NCBI GenBank assembly: GCA_026415355.1
Contig: JAOAHF010000011.1
Coordinates: 3,519 to 67,518, forward strand
Reading direction: 5' to 3'
Source: Brevinematales bacterium
GTDB taxonomy: Bacteria; Spirochaetota; Brevinematia; DTOW01
DNA length: 64,000 nucleotides
Shown here piece by piece: positions 61,221 through 64,000 of the stretch. A program made the position numbers and the translations under genes. Each line of letters begins with the position of its first letter. Positions within the stretch are counted from its first letter, which is position 1. The notes beneath the pieces are model-generated. The model did not search any database. It saw only the letters and a list, made by a program, of their open reading frames with translations, and was not told the origin of the DNA.

Positions 61221-64000
61221 ATGAGAATAAAAAGCATAAGGTTAGAAAACTTCGGGTCACATATTAATACTTTCATAGATTTCTCAAGATTTAATGATTC
61301 GCCAATAGTAATAATAACAGGAGATACTGGCTCCGGTAAAAGCACCATACTAGATGCTATAACATTTAGTTTATACCAAAAAGTACCAAGATATGATACA
61401 TCCGATCTTAAGTCTGTAGTCTCTGAATACTCTCAAAATCAAGATAGTAATACCAAAACCTATTCAGAACTAGTACTCGAGGAAGAAGATCATAAATCCG
61501 ATTCAAACCCCAGAATAATAAAAGAGTATAAAATAGTTAGAAGTATAGCCATCCAAAATTCATCAGTTGAGTATGATGTGGAGTTAAACATCACCAAAAA
61601 AGAATTATCCTTAGAAGGAGAAAAAATCCTTAATGAGGGAATAGTTAAAGATAGCAAGAAAAAAAAGGATGATTACATAATCAAGAATATAATAAAGTGT
61701 GACTACGATGTTTTCACCAGGTCGGTAATTCTACCTCAAGGCAACTTCGCAATGTTTCTAAAAAGCGACAGCTATGAAGACAGAAGAAAAATTCTCGAAA
61801 ACATATTTCAAGAAGTTAAAATATACAGGGAAATTTCAAATGTTACAAAAAATATTCTAGAAAATAAAACAAAAGAACTCGATAAACTAGAGAGTAATAT
61901 GATCAATGCAGTGAAAAACGTGGAATCTAATATAAAAACACTACTCCAAGAAATACCTGATGCTTGGAATCAAATAAAAATAAAAATACAATCCATTAGC
62001 TTAGAGAATACAAGTGAGCTAGATATTATCAACTTAAAGACAGAAGTTTTGAAAAAATACGAAGACAAAATAAACTCAAAACAAAAAGAAAATGAAAAAC
62101 TTTCAGAGCAAAGGAAAATTAAAGAGGATAAGAAAGACAAAATAAAACAAGAAATAGAAAAACTACAAAGTCTAATTCAAATTTACAAAAACATAACTGA
62201 AAAAATCAACAACGCAAAAGAAATAATCTTAAAAACTAAACTAGGAGGAGATATAGAAAAAATCTTCCTACAAACCGATGACCCTTTATTTGTTCTCAAT
62301 CATGAAAAGCTAGATAGAATACTAAAAGATCTTGAAAATAGTCAAAGAAATATGACAGAAGAAGAGGATATATTAACGAGACTTCAGATATCTATTACCA
62401 ATATTAACTCGAAATACAAAACTCTAGCTGATTCATTTAAAATGTTAAAGAACATCTACCCAAACATCCAATTACCAGGTTCAGACTACCTTACAAAGGA
62501 AACTCTCGAAACTCTCGAAAAGGATATAAAGTATCAGATTGATAAACTTAAAGAAGAAATATCAAGTAATCAGAATGAAATAGATAGACTTGAAAGTTTG
62601 AAAATAGATGAACAAATAAACCATTTATTCAATCTACAAAAACATTTCAACGATCTAGAAAGCCTAAACAACGAAATACTGAGGTTAACAGAGAATATTC
62701 AACAAAAACAAGATACAAACAAAGAAATACATAATAAAATCTTAGAGCTCCAAGCACATAGAGAAAAACTAAAAGAGAACGAAAAAAAGTACATTGTTGA
62801 AAAAATCAAGTCTTCGCTAAAAGAGAACGATACCTGCCCCGTATGCGGAGGTATATATCATACATCTATACACACAGAAACTGAATTATCATCACAAAAT
62901 CAATATAAGTTATTACTAGAAAATCTTGAAAAAATTAACAATGAACTCAATAAATTAGAAGTAGAAAAGAAAACTAACGAAAACATAATAAAAACTTTAA
63001 GCGAAAATATTTCAAACAAAACAGACTATATAAACAAAATTAGGGAAGAAATAGAGCAAATTAAAAACAAACTTCAAAACAAAGACATTTCAAAAGATGA
63101 AGATATAACTAAAATAAAAGGAGAGTTGGAACAGAAAAAAAATGAAAAGCAGTTTCTAATAAAAAAGAAATCAGAAAATGAAAAAAATCTACAAAAACTA
63201 GAAACCACCTATAGTAGGATATATGATGAGTTCATACCAAAGATCAATGAACTAGAAGAAGAATTAAGTACCTCAATTGCTTCTGTTGATAACGCCATAA
63301 AAACAAAGATTATAGGTAAGTTATCCTCTACAATAACACTACAAAATCTCGATAAAACTCTTCTAAAAGAAACAGAGGATTATAAAAAACTAATACTCTC
63401 ACAGAAACAACTTATAGAAGACCTCAAACGTTTAATATATTCCATACAAAATGAATACACTGAACTAAAAACCATTAGTAAAGACATGAAAGATATAACA
63501 TTCGACATGTCTAAACTTCTCAATGAAACTCATACTAAAAAGAAGGAATTAGAAGACCTAGAAAAAGAAATTAAACAAATAGACTATGAAATCAAATTAA
63601 ATATGGATAATATCGTAAATATAAGTTCTGAAAAAGGAAAAGTTGAAGAAAAATTCAAAAACATTCTAAATCAAAAAAATACATATGACAAAATAATAAG
63701 AGATATCAGACCACTAAAGGAAGAAATAGAAATTCTAAATGAATTGGAAGCTATCTTAAGAAATAATAATTTGATCGATTTTATCATGAAAATAAAGTTA
63801 GAATACATAGCAGAAAACGCTAATAAATATCTAAGTTATTTAGGTATAACCGATAAACAATTGAAAATTAATTACGACGATAAAGGACTAAGCTTCAACC
63901 TTGAATACATTAATCTAGAAAATACGAGATATAACAAAAGAAATGTTGATAGCTTAAGTGGTGGTGAAAGCTTTTTGTTCTCAATAGCTTTATCGTTTGG
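61221..64000 (+). CDS. sbcC: SbcC/Rad50-like SMC ATPase (runs off window)
   Basis: MRIKSIRLENF, Walker A GDTGSGKST, Q-loop LPQGNF, in-frame Zn-hook CPVC at 62835, signature LSGGE at 63954. Confidence 0.9.
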   Translation, partial: MRIKSIRLENFGSHINTFIDFSRFNDSPIVIITGDTGSGKSTILDAITFSLYQKVPRYDTSDLKSVVSEYSQNQDSNTKTYSELVLEEEDHKSDSNPRIIKEYKIVRSIAIQNSSVEYDVELNITKKELSLEGEKILNEGIVKDSKKKKDDYIIKNIIKCDYDVFTRSVILPQGNFAMFLKSDSYEDRRKILENIFQEVKIYREISNVTKNILENKTKELDKLESNMINAVKNVESNIKTLLQEIPDAWNQIKIKIQSISLENTSELDIINLKTEVLKKYEDKINSKQKENEKLSEQRKIKEDKKDKIKQEIEKLQSLIQIYKNITEKINNAKEIILKTKLGGDIEKIFLQTDDPLFVLNHEKLDRILKDLENSQRNMTEEEDILTRLQISITNINSKYKTLADSFKMLKNIYPNIQLPGSDYLTKETLETLEKDIKYQIDKLKEEISSNQNEIDRLESLKIDEQINHLFNLQKHFNDLESLNNEILRLTENIQQKQDTNKEIHNKILELQAHREKLKENEKKYIVEKIKSSLKENDTCPVCGGIYHTSIHTETELSSQNQYKLLLENLEKINNELNKLEVEKKTNENIIKTLSENISNKTDYINKIREEIEQIKNKLQNKDISKDEDITKIKGELEQKKNEKQFLIKKKSENEKNLQKLETTYSRIYDEFIPKINELEEELSTSIASVDNAIKTKIIGKLSSTITLQNLDKTLLKETEDYKKLILSQKQLIEDLKRLIYSIQNEYTELKTISKDMKDITFDMSKLLNETHTKKKELEDLEKEIKQIDYEIKLNMDNIVNISSEKGKVEEKFKNILNQKNTYDKIIRDIRPLKEEIEILNELEAILRNNNLIDFIMKIKLEYIAENANKYLSYLGITDKQLKINYDDKGLSFNLEYINLENTRYNKRNVDSLSGGESFLFSIALSF

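Noticed and set aside
61221-64000. SMC-like ATPase as a Wadjet/Lamassu defence component
   Set aside because: The CPVC Zn-hook and SbcC-type motifs indicate Rad50/SbcC, and there are no defence partners upstream. Downstream context is outside the window.

Overview
AT-rich core-chromosome segment of a spirochete. Markers are the periplasmic-flagellum sheath gene flaA, a Treponema-type GAPDH and a PilZ protein with an internal GAF-like insert. A free-living, probably microaerophilic and light-exposed Brevinematia-like lineage is my inference. It holds about 55 CDS (mostly housekeeping), 4 tRNAs, a decayed IS4-like DDE transposase and a frameshifted ICMT-family methyltransferase pseudogene. I saw no CRISPR, rRNA, prophage or intact mobile element. 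Main observations: (1) many genes look leaderless, with -35/-10 boxes directly before ATG and a recurring 36-nt spacing, and classical operons are broken up; (2) a miniature flagellin-derived protein with a sigma28-like promoter sits next to a NeuB-family synthase and a stand-alone C-terminal half of a DUF2723/TMEM260-type glycosyltransferase; (3) an McsB homologue has lost its catalytic motifs; (4) a SigH-like sigma factor is coupled to ftsQ; (5) a tight operon links PilZ-GAF, PilP-like, Crp and Smr-less MutS2 genes; (6) a Cache+GAF sensor has no output domain; (7) an unlisted 42-aa membrane protein. All family calls come from motif recognition by eye, with no database search.
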